The notes: a model not told the origin generated them from the letters alone. Positions 7,852 to 18,233 are shown, counted from the first letter of the stretch. The stretch is DNA of 35,382 bases from Verrucomicrobiota bacterium (GCA_038214755.1 JBBQRQ010000052.1:1-35382); one strand, 5' to 3'. Numbers and translations: made by a program.

Positions 7852-9231
7852 ATGGCGCGCCCGACAAACGATTTTCTAGCGGGAGTTATCGAAGGTTTTT
7901 ACGGGCAACCATGGACTCACGCGGAACGTTTGGAATTATTGGAGTGGATGGAGCGCTGGAAATTGAACACGTATTTCTACGCGCCGAAAGATAACTTGAA
8001 ACACCGCGCCCTCTGGCGGGAAACTTATGTTGTCGCGGAAGCGGAGAGTCTTCGCGAACTCATCAAGGCGTGCGGGCAACGCCATGTCCGCTTCATCTAC
8101 GCGCTCAGTCCCGGCTTGGATATTCGCTACGCTCAGCTCGAAGAAATGGCGCATCTTCAAAAACGTTTTCAACAACTGCTGGATTTGGGATGCGAAAACT
8201 TTTCGTTGCTCTTCGACGATATCCCCGACCGCATCGACGCCGACGATCTGACGCAGTTTGGTTCCCTCGCCTCGGCGCAATGTCACGTTGCGAATACGAC
8301 CTTCCGTTGGCTGCGCGAAAAATGTCCCGACGCCCGTTTCCTTTTTTGTCCGACACCTTATTGCGGTCGCATGGCGAAAAATAAATTGGGGGGAGAAAAT
8401 TATTTGGCCATCGTTGGACGCGAATTGTTGCCGGAAATCGATGTGTTTTGGACGGGACCAGAAATCATTTCGCGCGAGATCAGCGTTGAGCACATTCGCG
8501 AATTGCAAACGCTTCTGCGCCGAAAGCCGGTGATCTGGGACAACCTTCACGCCAACGATTATGACGCTCGCCGATTTTTCTGCGGCCCGTATGCAGGACG
8601 ACCGACCGAATTGCGGGCGGAAGTAAACGGGCTGCTCATCAATCCTAATTGCGAATTTGTTTTGAATTACGTTCCGCTCCGCACCTTCGCACAGTTCCTG
8701 CATGAGGACGGATTTTTCGACGCGCGCAAATCTTATTTGGCCGCGATGGAAGAATGGCTCCCGCAATTTGCCACGGTCGGCGCGCCCATCGCGTTGGACG
8801 ATTTAATTTTTTTTGGCGACTGCTATTACCTGCCGTATGCAGACGGGCCGGAAGCCGGCGCATTTTACGAGCGCGCGAAAAATTTGCTGGCGACGAACCC
8901 ACTCGAATGGGGCGAGCGCGCCGCCGACTTTTTGCAACGATCGGGACGGCTGAAAGAATTTTGTCAGAGCGTCGCGCAACTCAAACAGCGGAAATTATTT
9001 TACGCGCTAAGCCGCCGCGTTTGGGAATTGCGCGAGGAATTGGATTTATTGGAACGTTATGTCGTCATGAAAATGGAAAACAAAAATCAAATCGTTCCTT
9101 GCCAGTCTGACTTTCATTTGCCCGAAACTTATCGCGGTGGATTTGTCTCGCGACTGGAGCTTCTGCTCGTGCAACAGTTTGACGGAACTTTCGTGCCTCA
9201 GGAAACGTTTCCAACAACTTCTCCCCGATGA
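7852..9231 (+). CDS. GH84 beta-N-acetylglucosaminidase (O-GlcNAcase-like), no signal peptide
   Basis: GVIEGFYGQPW, YAPKD, LLFDDI (catalytic DD), FCPTPYC, WTGP, IWDNLHANDYD and NPNCEF motifs. Confidence 0.93.
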   Translation: MARPTNDFLAGVIEGFYGQPWTHAERLELLEWMERWKLNTYFYAPKDNLKHRALWRETYVVAEAESLRELIKACGQRHVRFIYALSPGLDIRYAQLEEMAHLQKRFQQLLDLGCENFSLLFDDIPDRIDADDLTQFGSLASAQCHVANTTFRWLREKCPDARFLFCPTPYCGRMAKNKLGGENYLAIVGRELLPEIDVFWTGPEIISREISVEHIRELQTLLRRKPVIWDNLHANDYDARRFFCGPYAGRPTELRAEVNGLLINPNCEFVLNYVPLRTFAQFLHEDGFFDARKSYLAAMEEWLPQFATVGAPIALDDLIFFGDCYYLPYADGPEAGAFYERAKNLLATNPLEWGERAADFLQRSGRLKEFCQSVAQLKQRKLFYALSRRVWELREELDLLERYVVMKMENKNQIVPCQSDFHLPETYRGGFVSRLELLLVQQFDGTFVPQETFPTTSPR

Positions 9232-9851
9232 ATGATTTCATTATTCGTCCCGCCAGGCCGGGAGATGAGCCAGGCGCTTATCACGTCTGCCTCAAGACCG
9301 GCGACTCCGGTCAAGACGGCGAACCATTTTATCGCGACGACCCGGATGCGTTGGGGCGCATTTTCGTTGGCCCCTATCTCGCCTACGAACCGGGGTTGAG
9401 CCTGATTCTCGAAGACGAACAAGGCATCTGCGGATATGCACTCGGCGCATTTGACACGCGCGCTTTTTTTGCGCGCTACGAAGCGGAGTGGCGACCAAAA
9501 CTCTGCGCAAAATTTTCCGCGCCGCAGGGCGACCCAGGCGGTTGGACACGCACGCAGCAGGTTCACCATTGGTATCATCATCCCGATTATTTTTTCCCGG
9601 AGCCGTATGAAAAATTCCCGTCTCATCTGCACATTGATTTATTGCTGCGCGCGCGAGGGCAAGGTTATGGTCGGCGCATGTTGGAACAGGTCATGGAACA
9701 GCTTCGGCAGCGCGGTTCGCCCGGCGCACATTTGGGCATGAGCGCGGTCAACCTTTCCGCCTTTGGATTTTATCAGCGTCTTGGATTTCAGGAATTGATT
9801 CGCGTCGGCGCTGGAAACGACGCCTGCATTTACATGGGCAAAAGTCTTTAA
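9228..9851 (+). CDS. GNAT acetyltransferase similar to the OGA C-terminal HAT-like domain
   Basis: LEDEQGICGYALG, HLHIDLL, acetyl-CoA loop RGQGYG and FYQRLGF. ATGA overlap with the GH84 gene. Confidence 0.9.
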   Translation: MNDFIIRPARPGDEPGAYHVCLKTGDSGQDGEPFYRDDPDALGRIFVGPYLAYEPGLSLILEDEQGICGYALGAFDTRAFFARYEAEWRPKLCAKFSAPQGDPGGWTRTQQVHHWYHHPDYFFPEPYEKFPSHLHIDLLLRARGQGYGRRMLEQVMEQLRQRGSPGAHLGMSAVNLSAFGFYQRLGFQELIRVGAGNDACIYMGKSL

Positions 9852-9867
9852 TCTCGCGCATCGAATC

Positions 9868-11124
9868 ATGGCACAACAACTCGCGCTGTTCGGAGGAAAG
9901 CCGGTTCGCACCTCACCATTTACGGCGTGGCCCATCTTCGGGAAGCCGGAGGAGAAACGACTTCTCCGCGCGTTGCGCAGCGGCCACTGGGGCCGGTTAC
10001 AAGGGAAGGAAGTTTCCGAATTCGAAAATCGTTTCGCCGAAGTGCACGGCTGCAAATATGGAATCGCGGTCGTCAACGGAACCGTTTCGTTACGCATCGC
10101 TTTGCTCGCCGCCGGAATTCGCGCGGACGACGAAGTCATCATTCCGCCTTACACATTTTTTTCCACGGCCTCTGCGGTGATCGAGGCGAATGCTGTTCCC
10201 GTTTTCGCCGACATTGATCTGCATACTTTCAACCTTGATCCGAAATTCATCGAGGCCGCGATCACACCGCGCACCATAGCGATCATCCCGGTCCATTTCG
10301 CCGGACAAATTGCGGACATGAAATCCATCATGGCCATCGCGCGAAAAAATAAACTCACCGTGATCGAGGACGCCGCCCACGCTCACGGCGCGAGTTACCA
10401 AAATCGTCCAGCGGGTTCGATCGGGCATATGGCTTCGTTCTCATTTCAATCCAGCAAAAATCTCACAGCAGGCGAGGGCGGGATCATCACCACTAACGAC
10501 GACGCGCTGGCAGAATCGTGTCGCTCCATTCAAAACTGCGGGCGCATTGCCGGCGGGATTTGGTATGAGCATCACGTTATTTCCGGGAATTATCGGCTGG
10601 GCGAATTTCAGGGCGCGGTTCTCAACGGCCAACTGACCCGCCTGGAATCGCAGACCAAAACGCGCGACCGCAATGGCCGTTATCTCGCCGCGAAGATTTC
10701 AAAAATCCCCGGATTGTTTCCGCAAAAACGTCCGGCGGATTGCACGCGTCACAGCTATCATCTTTTCATGATGCGCCTCGACGGCGAGATGTTTGGCGCT
10801 CCACGCGGCGCGGTGCTCGAAGCGTTGCGGGCCGAAGGCATTCCCTGTTCCGCCGGTTACGGTTGGTCGTTGCATCGCCAACCGATGTTCCGCAACAAAG
10901 CATTTGGACCCTATCTCGCGGGCGCTTCCAAGGAATTGCGCTACGACAAAACGAATTGTCCCAACAGCGATCGCATCTGCGAGCAAAGCATCTGGATCGA
11001 ACAAAATGCTCTCCTTGGAACACGGTCCGACATGGTGGACATCGCGCGCGCGTTTGAAAAAATTTATGAGAATCGGGACGCGCTCAATACGTTGAAACCA
11101 ACCCGCGCCCGAGGACGAACGTGA
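9868..11124 (+). CDS. DegT/DnrJ/EryC1/StrS PLP-dependent sugar aminotransferase
   Basis: NGTVSL, IIPVHFAG, IEDAAHAHG, FSFQSSKNLTAGEGG (PLP lysine) and GNYRL motifs. Confidence 0.93.
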   Translation: MAQQLALFGGKPVRTSPFTAWPIFGKPEEKRLLRALRSGHWGRLQGKEVSEFENRFAEVHGCKYGIAVVNGTVSLRIALLAAGIRADDEVIIPPYTFFSTASAVIEANAVPVFADIDLHTFNLDPKFIEAAITPRTIAIIPVHFAGQIADMKSIMAIARKNKLTVIEDAAHAHGASYQNRPAGSIGHMASFSFQSSKNLTAGEGGIITTNDDALAESCRSIQNCGRIAGGIWYEHHVISGNYRLGEFQGAVLNGQLTRLESQTKTRDRNGRYLAAKISKIPGLFPQKRPADCTRHSYHLFMMRLDGEMFGAPRGAVLEALRAEGIPCSAGYGWSLHRQPMFRNKAFGPYLAGASKELRYDKTNCPNSDRICEQSIWIEQNALLGTRSDMVDIARAFEKIYENRDALNTLKPTRARGRT

Positions 11125-12380
11125 ATCCAACGACCCACTTCCTCAACCGGCGTATCGTCCCGTTCCTGACCGCGTTGAGCGAGAACACTTATCTCTCCGC
11201 GATTCGCGCGGGCATGGTTTCGGTCGTGCCGCTGACGATCATCGGCGGTTTTTTTATCATCGTATCGTATTTGCCGATCACCGGCTGGGACAAAATTGTT
11301 GCGCCCTATCTCCAAGTTTTGCAAATCCCCGTGACCGCGACGTTCGGCCTGCTCTCCGTTTTTGTCTGTTTCGCCATCGGTTACGATCTGGGAAAACAAT
11401 TGAAACAGGAAGCCATCGTCAGCGCCTCGATGGCGACGGTGATTTTCCTGATGATCTCGCTCAAGCTGGAAGGCCTCACTTTTTCGATGGATAACCTTGG
11501 CTCCAAAGGTCTGTTCACCGCCATCCTTATTGCGCTCATCACCGTTCGCGTTCAGAAATTTTTCACTGACAAACAACTGGTCATCAAGCTGCCTGAAAAT
11601 GTTCCGCCGGTGGTTTATGAATCCTTTCTGTCCCTTAGCCCGCTGTTCTTTCTTGTCCTCATTTTTTGGCTCATCCGTTTTGTGTTTGGAGTGAATATCG
11701 ATCACGGGGTTCAAGTCGCGTTTCAACCGCTCGTCTTTGCGCTGAACACGTTGCCCGGCATTTTGGTGTATGCGTTTCTGGTGACGTTGTTGTGGTCGGT
11801 CGGGATCAACGGAGACAATACGATGGACGCCATCGTCGCGCCGATTTTTCTGCAATACCTCGCGGCCAATGTGACGGCGAAAGGCTTGGGTCAGCCGTTG
11901 CCGTACGTGACGGCTTACGGATTTTTTACGACGTTCGTAAATGTCGGCGGAACCGGCGCGACACTCGCGCTGGCCCTCGTTCTCTGGAATTCCAAAGACG
12001 CGAGCTATCGCAAAGTCAGCCGCATCTCACTGCCGACACAAATTTTTCAAATCAATGAACCGATTTTTTTCGGTCTGCCCATTGTGTTGAATCCTGTTTT
12101 CATGATTCCTTACGTCCTCAATGCGTTGATCCTGACGACGGGCAGTTTCCTGCTGATGCAATGGCATCTCATCAACAAACCTTTCGTCAATGTGCCGTGG
12201 ACGACTCCGCCCATCATCGGACATTATTTGGTATCGGGCGGAGATTGGAGAGCGGCGGTGTGGGGCGCGATCTCGATTGTGCTGGCGATGCTGGTTTATT
12301 ATCCCTTCGCCAAAGCCGCGGAACGGCAGCGCACAAAATCTCAAGTCGCCCATGCGCATGGCGAACGATTGGAAGTATGA
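11121..12380 (+). CDS. PTS EIIC component, Lac/cellobiose/chitobiose family
   Basis: YLSAIRAG...PLTIIG, LGSKGLFTAI, IKLPENVPP.V..SF, GGTGAT, INEPIFFGLPIVLNP, PWTTPP and YYPF motifs. Confidence 0.9.
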   Translation: MNPTTHFLNRRIVPFLTALSENTYLSAIRAGMVSVVPLTIIGGFFIIVSYLPITGWDKIVAPYLQVLQIPVTATFGLLSVFVCFAIGYDLGKQLKQEAIVSASMATVIFLMISLKLEGLTFSMDNLGSKGLFTAILIALITVRVQKFFTDKQLVIKLPENVPPVVYESFLSLSPLFFLVLIFWLIRFVFGVNIDHGVQVAFQPLVFALNTLPGILVYAFLVTLLWSVGINGDNTMDAIVAPIFLQYLAANVTAKGLGQPLPYVTAYGFFTTFVNVGGTGATLALALVLWNSKDASYRKVSRISLPTQIFQINEPIFFGLPIVLNPVFMIPYVLNALILTTGSFLLMQWHLINKPFVNVPWTTPPIIGHYLVSGGDWRAAVWGAISIVLAMLVYYPFAKAAERQRTKSQVAHAHGERLEV

Positions 12381-13828
12381 ACGGAATTTGGCCAGTCCGA
12401 ATCAGAATAGTCATGCTCGTTTTATTTGCCGCCCCCGCGATTCCTTCAGGATGCCAAATGCAAAAATCCAACAGAATAAATTCGCCGGTCATCATCTCGG
12501 AAAAGCAAATTACGCACGGCGCAAAAGGCCGCATTCTCACGAACACTGGAGTGTGGTCGCCTGACAGCAAATGGATTGTTTACGACACGCGCAGCGACGC
12601 GGTCGGGGACCATTTTGATGGCGATACCATCGAAATGGTCAACGTTCAGACCGGCAAAGTGCGGGAAATTTATCGCGCAAAAAATGGGGCGCATTGCGGC
12701 GTGGTCACGTTTCATCCGAGAGAGAATAAAGTCGTCTTCATTCTTGGCCCGGAACATCCCAGCGCAGATTGGTCCTATGCCGCGTTTCATCGGCAGGGCG
12801 TCATCGTCACGTTGGACGAAAAATTCTATCCGGTTTCCACCGCCAACTTGGACGCGCGTGATCTCACGCCGTCTTTTACTGCCGGCGCATTGCGCGGTGG
12901 ATCGCACGTTCATGTTTGGGACGCAGCAGGAGATTGGGTGAGTTTCACCTACGAAGATCATGTGCTCGCGCAATTCAAGGAAGCGTCGCCCGACCACGAC
13001 ATTAATCTGCGCAATGTTGGTGTGAGCATCCCGACTCCGGTGAAGGTGAAGCACGATCATCCGCGCAATCATGACGGCGAATATTTCACGGTGTTGGTGA
13101 CACGCACCACCGCGCAGCCCACGCCTGGCTCGGACGAAATTAAAAAAGCCTTCGAGGAAAGTTGGATCGGAAACAACGGCTACGTTCGCGCTGACGGAAC
13201 CCGCCAGCGTCGCGCGCTCGCTTTCCAAGGTCATGTGCCCGGCCGCAGCGGGGAAACTGTTTCGGAAGTGTTCATCGTCGATTTGCCCGATGACTTGACG
13301 CGAGCGGGCGACGGCCCATTGGGAGGAACCGAAACGCGAATGCCATTTCCACCGAAGGGCTGTGCGCAACGCCGCCTCACGTTTACCACGGATAAAAAAT
13401 TTCCCGGACTCCAAGGCCCGCGACATTGGTTGCGCAGTTCTCCCGACGGCTTGCGCATCGCTTTTCTGATGAAAGATGAGGTGGGCGTTGTGCAGCTTTG
13501 GACGGTTTCTCCAAATGGCGGCGCGCCGAAACAAGTCACCCGCAATTCTTCAAGTATCTCCTCCGCCTTCACTTGGCGCCCGGACGGAAATTACGTGGCG
13601 CACGCGATGGACAAGAGTATTTGTCTGACCGAGGTCGCCTCAGGAATCACGCATCGTTTGACTTCGCGCGCCGATGATGCGCGTGGCCCACGTTCCGAGG
13701 CGTGTGTTTTTTCACCCGACGGAAAAAAGCTGGCTTACCTGCGACGACTTGAAGAATCCGGTCAAACATCAAACCAGATTTTTATTGTCTCACTCAAAGG
13801 TTCCCCTGCAGATAGAAATGCGCCATGA
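12377..13828 (+). CDS. DUF3748 / YidR-like TolB-type beta-propeller protein
   Basis: KQIT...[28 protein letters not shown] and [12 protein letters not shown] motifs. Start chosen at the ATGA overlap with the EIIC stop. Confidence 0.85.
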   Translation: MNGIWPVRIRIVMLVLFAAPAIPSGCQMQKSNRINSPVIISEKQITHGAKGRILTNTGVWSPDSKWIVYDTRSDAVGDHFDGDTIEMVNVQTGKVREIYRAKNGAHCGVVTFHPRENKVVFILGPEHPSADWSYAAFHRQGVIVTLDEKFYPVSTANLDARDLTPSFTAGALRGGSHVHVWDAAGDWVSFTYEDHVLAQFKEASPDHDINLRNVGVSIPTPVKVKHDHPRNHDGEYFTVLVTRTTAQPTPGSDEIKKAFEESWIGNNGYVRADGTRQRRALAFQGHVPGRSGETVSEVFIVDLPDDLTRAGDGPLGGTETRMPFPPKGCAQRRLTFTTDKKFPGLQGPRHWLRSSPDGLRIAFLMKDEVGVVQLWTVSPNGGAPKQVTRNSSSISSAFTWRPDGNYVAHAMDKSICLTEVASGITHRLTSRADDARGPRSEACVFSPDGKKLAYLRRLEESGQTSNQIFIVSLKGSPADRNAP

Positions 13829-15045
13829 CTTCGCCTTCATCCGTTGACCAACCACCGTTACCGAATGTGGGGAAATCCTCTGCCCGTTTGTTTTCGCTGG
13901 ATGCCTATCGCGGGTTCGTCATGTTCCTGATGATGGCGGAAGTGTTGCGGCTTCATCGAGTGGCAATGGCCAAACCGGAAAGCGCGTTCTGGAAATTTCT
14001 TGCGTATCACCAAACCCATGTCGAATGGATCGGTTGTTCCTTGCACGATTTAATTCAACCGTCGTTCTCGTTTCTGGTGGGCGTGGCGCTGCCATTTTCT
14101 ATCGCCGCCCGAATCAATCGCGGACAGGCTCGCGGATCAATGGTTCTGCACGCCTTCTGGCGCGGACTGATTTTGATCCTGCTCGGCGTTTTTCTTCGCT
14201 CGGTCGGACGCACTCAGACCTATTGGACGTTTGAAGATACGTTGACGCAAATCGGTCTCGGCTATCCATTTCTTTTTCTGCTCGGATTGCGTTCAATGCG
14301 CGCGCAATGGATTGCCTTCATCGCTATTCTCATCGGTTATTGGGCGGCGTTCGCGTTGTATCCGCTGCCCGGTCCTTCCTTCGACTACACGCTTGTGGGC
14401 GTGCCGAAAGATTGGCCGCACCTGATGACCGGCTTCGCGGCGCACTGGAATAAAAACAGCAATTTCGCGTGGGCGTTCGATACCTGGTTCCTCAATTTAT
14501 TTTCGCGGGAAAAACCATTTGTGTTTAACGGAGGCGGCTACGCGACGCTCAGTTTCATTCCCACTCTGGCAACAATGCTTCTCGGACTTATCGGCGGCGA
14601 AATTCTGCGCAGCGGTCGCGCTCCTCAAGCCAAAGCAAAATGGCTGGCGCTGGCGGGAATAACCGGTCTTGGCCTCGGAACTTTTTTTGGTTTCGCGGAA
14701 GTCTGTCCGGTGGTGAAAAAAATCTGGACGCCGAGTTGGGTCGTGTTCAGTGGCGGGTGGTGCTTTCTTTTAATGGCCGCGTTCTATCTCGTCCTCGACC
14801 TTTTTAATTTCAAACGATGGGCCTTTCCGCTCGTCGTCATTGGCACGAACTCCATCGCCGCCTACCTGATGGCGCATCTGTTCGAGGATTTTATTTTCAA
14901 GACTCTGCGCACGCACTTCGGCAAAAACACCTTCAAACTGTTTGGCGACGCTTATGAGCCGTTGCTGCTGGGTAGCGGTGTCCTGGCAGTGCTGTGGCTG
15001 ATTTTATTTTGGATGTACCGCAGAAAAATATTTCTGAAAGTTTGA
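13825..15045 (+). CDS. Heparan-alpha-glucosaminide N-acetyltransferase / NagX / DUF5009-like membrane protein
   Basis: [14 protein letters not shown]...[21 protein letters not shown] and G.NSIAAY motifs. Multiple TM helices. Confidence 0.87.
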   Translation: MTSPSSVDQPPLPNVGKSSARLFSLDAYRGFVMFLMMAEVLRLHRVAMAKPESAFWKFLAYHQTHVEWIGCSLHDLIQPSFSFLVGVALPFSIAARINRGQARGSMVLHAFWRGLILILLGVFLRSVGRTQTYWTFEDTLTQIGLGYPFLFLLGLRSMRAQWIAFIAILIGYWAAFALYPLPGPSFDYTLVGVPKDWPHLMTGFAAHWNKNSNFAWAFDTWFLNLFSREKPFVFNGGGYATLSFIPTLATMLLGLIGGEILRSGRAPQAKAKWLALAGITGLGLGTFFGFAEVCPVVKKIWTPSWVVFSGGWCFLLMAAFYLVLDLFNFKRWAFPLVVIGTNSIAAYLMAHLFEDFIFKTLRTHFGKNTFKLFGDAYEPLLLGSGVLAVLWLILFWMYRRKIFLKV

Positions 15046-15149
15046 GCCAATGGAGGGCGTTGAAAAGCGCACAAGGCTCAGAAGAAATTGCTTTTCAAAC
15101 AAAATGGTTGCGAAGTCATTTCCCGGACTTTCCGTCCGCGACCTCAAGA

Positions 15150-15350
15150 AACTTCCGACGACATAACATTGATTTCAAAAAAATCGGACGACAAAATCCT
15201 TCACGACAAACTGGTTCCGCCGGTTGAAAAAATGTTGGAAGCCAGGAAGCATTTGTTTGCCGCCAAAACCGACGGCGACAAAGAACTTTTACGGAAAACA
15301 AATTTGCCGCGCTCGCCCGTCCAATCGACGCGCTGGTGGATGAGCTATAA
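15150..15350 (+). pseudogene. Decayed C-terminal fragment of a type IIG (Eco57I-like) restriction-modification gene
   Basis: Across frameshifts it reads NIDF / DDKILHDKLV..VEKMLEARKHL.AAKTDGDK / ENKFAALARPIDALVDEL, resembling the family tail ...HDK.V.LVE.ML...DRQIDALVYELY. Confidence 0.6.
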
Positions 15351-15463
15351 TCTTTCTCAAAATAAATTTCCGAAAAGGGTGGGGGGGGATGACCTGCGGG
15401 TCGTCGGGGCGAACCGGCAGGTTTACCGCACCTTTTCGGAAATTTATTTTGAGAAACACTCTA
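15346..15463. mobile_element. MITE-like element with 33-bp terminal inverted repeats and REP interior
   Basis: 15346-15378 versus the reverse complement of 15431-15463 match at 30/33. The element begins and ends with TA. Confidence 0.7.
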
Positions 15464-15526
15464 ATCGGGTGAACGGAGCGTGTTCGTCGAATTGACCACC
15501 GCGTTGAAATCATTTAGAAAATAATC

Positions 15527-16177
15527 ATGCGCAGTTCTATCGTCTCGCGGGTCTTGGGAATTTTGTTTATCGCGGTCATCGTGGGCGCGCTCATCGGCTG
15601 GTGGGCCGGTCGCAATCCATCGCGCAGAATGACGATTGCTCCAGAGAAACCAACGCCTCGTCTCAGCACGCGAACGGAACCGGAGCCAATTTCCATTCTT
15701 CCAGAAACGAATGTCATGGCCGTTGCACCCACGCCGACCGCTACGAACGCGAATATTCCGGAAGAACCGGAAACCTGGGAAACTAAACTCAACGAGATTT
15801 TGCTCTCCGACACTGAGCCAAATAAAAAAGGAGAAGATTTATTGGAGTTGATGCCGACCGTAAATGAAGAGGCGCAAGTCGAGCTGGCCGGACACATCGT
15901 AAATCTTTTGGATGATGAACATTTTTCCAGCGCGACAAAATATCTGACCAACGCCGAAATGCCGGAAGCCGTGTCCAGCGTGTTCATGACTGATTTGTAT
16001 AATCGCGGAAATACTCTCAAGTTGCCGCTGGTCCTGGCCGTCGCGCGAAACGAAAAACATCCGCTGCAAGGCGAGGCGAAAGATTTGCTGGAACTTTATA
16101 TTGAAGAAGATCACGGGACGGATTGGAATGCGTGGGAAACTTCGATGAACGCCTGGCTCAAAGAACATCCAGAATAG
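15527..16177 (+). CDS. Hypothetical membrane-anchored protein
   Basis: 216 aa with an N-terminal TM helix, a Pro/Thr linker and an acidic helical domain. Confidence 0.75.
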   Translation: MRSSIVSRVLGILFIAVIVGALIGWWAGRNPSRRMTIAPEKPTPRLSTRTEPEPISILPETNVMAVAPTPTATNANIPEEPETWETKLNEILLSDTEPNKKGEDLLELMPTVNEEAQVELAGHIVNLLDDEHFSSATKYLTNAEMPEAVSSVFMTDLYNRGNTLKLPLVLAVARNEKHPLQGEAKDLLELYIEEDHGTDWNAWETSMNAWLKEHPE

Positions 16178-16185
16178 TTTCCACT

Positions 16186-16292
16186 TCAATGTTCGAGGTT
16201 CGAGGTTCGAGGTTAAATTTCAAAAACATCCAAAATCGAACATCCAACATCGAACATCGAAAGAATTCGCACCCGCCGGAGGCAGATGCTAC
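16186..16292. repeat. Heptamer-repeat hairpin plus single REP arm
   Basis: (TCGAGGT)3, then degenerate (AACATCG)5, then TTCGCACCCGCCGGAGGCAGATGCTAC, identical to 18367-18393. Confidence 0.8.
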
Positions 16293-16373
16293 ACGGTCAT
16301 CCCTCCGTTTCGCGCGGAAGAAAACTTTCTTTAAAGTCGGAAATTGAAATAGAATTAAACCACTTCCAAAGAC

Positions 16374-18233
16374 ATGAAATTTTTTTTGACCGTTGCCTTC
16401 CTCGCACTTTGTTGCATCAACGTCCCGGCCCAACTCGCCATTACCGAAGTTATGTCGTCGGCTTCCACCAATCTGGGTCCGGCTCTGGTCACGCAAAATT
16501 CTGATTTTTGGGAACTCACCAATTTCGGAACCAACCCCATCCCATTGACCGGTTATCGATTTGACGACAGCGACAATGTTTTGACCAATGCCGATTCCAC
16601 GCCGTTCGCAGGACTGTCCATCGCGCCGAACGAATCGATCCTTTTCGTGCAAAATGACGTGAACCAGACGGCGGCGCAGGTTCGCGCGTGGTGGGGAACA
16701 AATCTCAGCACGAACGTCCACATTGTTTTTTATACAGGCAACGGGCTGGGCGCCAATGGAGATGGAATTCGTCTTTGGAATCCGACCACCACCAACGTGA
16801 ACGATGTGGTGGACAGCGTGGATTTCGGCGCGGCGCGGAATGGCTTCACTTTCATTTACAATCCGGTCACCGGAATATTTGGCGACTTCAGCACGAACGG
16901 AACAGGACGCGCGTTTCAAGCAGTGACGGCGGACGATGTCGGCTCCCCCGGCGTGACGACGGGCCGAGTGCCTCTGACGTTTTTGCAACAACCGACAAAT
17001 CTCTCCGTCAACGTCGGCGACGCCGTGAGATTTGATTCGGCGGCGCGCGGGTTGCCTCGCGCAAAATATCAATGGCGTTTCAACGGCGTGCCGATTGTGG
17101 GGGCGACTTCTCCGCAATTATTTCTGACCAACGCGCAAGGATCCAACGCGGGAATTTACAGCGTGCTGGTGACGAATGGAGTTCAGACTTTGCTCAGCAC
17201 CAACGCGCAATTGACGGTGAGCGGCGGAGGGGTCGCTCCAATAATTTCCGTCGCGCCGAAAAGTCAGATTATTTTTATCGGGCAATCCGCGACGTTCAGC
17301 GTGATGGCCAGCGGCGCGCCGCAGCCGAATTATCAATGGGCGTTTGCTGGAACGAATCTTTTTGGCGCGACGAACAACCAGCTCATCGTCGGGAATGTGC
17401 AAACCACCAATACGGGAATTTATTCCGTGCTCGTTTACAACTCGGCCGGCTCGATCTCGACCCAGGCAAATCTCACCGTGACCCGGCGGCCCAATCTGCG
17501 AATCACCGAAGTGATGTCGAGCGAGTTCACCACGCCGGTGGCTGGGCATCAGGACTGGTGGGAGTTGTCGAACCTCGACGATTTTCCCATTGATCTTTTG
17601 GGCTATCGTTTCGATGACGACTCCGCGCTCCTCAGCGCGGCCTACACGGTTACGAATTCCACCGTCATCGGATCGGGCGAGTCGGTCATTTTTGTCGATT
17701 CGATCACTGCCGCCGACTTTCGCGCGTGGTGGGGAACGAACCTCAACGCGAATGTAAAAATCATTCCCTACAGCGGCACAGGATTAGGTTTCGGCGCGAA
17801 CGGCGACGCGCTCAATTTGTGGAATCCCGGCGCGACCGACAACACCGACACGGTGGCCAAAGTAACTTTTTCCATCGCGACGATTGGGGAGTCCTTCACC
17901 TACAACCCGTTTACGGGAGTTTTCGTCGGGCTGAGCAGCGTGGGAACCAATGGCGCGTTTGCCGCCACCCAAAATGGCGACATCGGTTCGCCGGGAGTCA
18001 TTCGCAATCCGCTTCTGGCTCCGAGGCTGACGATTGGAAAATCTGGAAATAATTTTAATTTTTCGTGGCTGGCGGAAACGAACGCGCGTTACCGATTACA
18101 ATTCACGACGACTCTTTCGCAAACCAACTGGATCAACCTCACCAACTTTATTTCTGGAGGCGGGACCGCCACGTTCCTCGATGTTGCTCCGACAAATACG
18201 CAGCGGTTTTATCGCCTGCTCGCCAGCCCATGA
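16374..18233 (+). CDS. Secreted protein with two lamin-tail-like and two Ig-like domains
   Basis: Signal peptide. Duplicated ITEVMSS...D.WEL.N...L.GYRFDD...GSPGV units and two YQW.F.G...G.YSVLV.N Ig repeats. C-terminal ...W...FYRL domain. Confidence 0.85.
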   Translation: MKFFLTVAFLALCCINVPAQLAITEVMSSASTNLGPALVTQNSDFWELTNFGTNPIPLTGYRFDDSDNVLTNADSTPFAGLSIAPNESILFVQNDVNQTAAQVRAWWGTNLSTNVHIVFYTGNGLGANGDGIRLWNPTTTNVNDVVDSVDFGAARNGFTFIYNPVTGIFGDFSTNGTGRAFQAVTADDVGSPGVTTGRVPLTFLQQPTNLSVNVGDAVRFDSAARGLPRAKYQWRFNGVPIVGATSPQLFLTNAQGSNAGIYSVLVTNGVQTLLSTNAQLTVSGGGVAPIISVAPKSQIIFIGQSATFSVMASGAPQPNYQWAFAGTNLFGATNNQLIVGNVQTTNTGIYSVLVYNSAGSISTQANLTVTRRPNLRITEVMSSEFTTPVAGHQDWWELSNLDDFPIDLLGYRFDDDSALLSAAYTVTNSTVIGSGESVIFVDSITAADFRAWWGTNLNANVKIIPYSGTGLGFGANGDALNLWNPGATDNTDTVAKVTFSIATIGESFTYNPFTGVFVGLSSVGTNGAFAATQNGDIGSPGVIRNPLLAPRLTIGKSGNNFNFSWLAETNARYRLQFTTTLSQTNWINLTNFISGGGTATFLDVAPTNTQRFYRLLASP

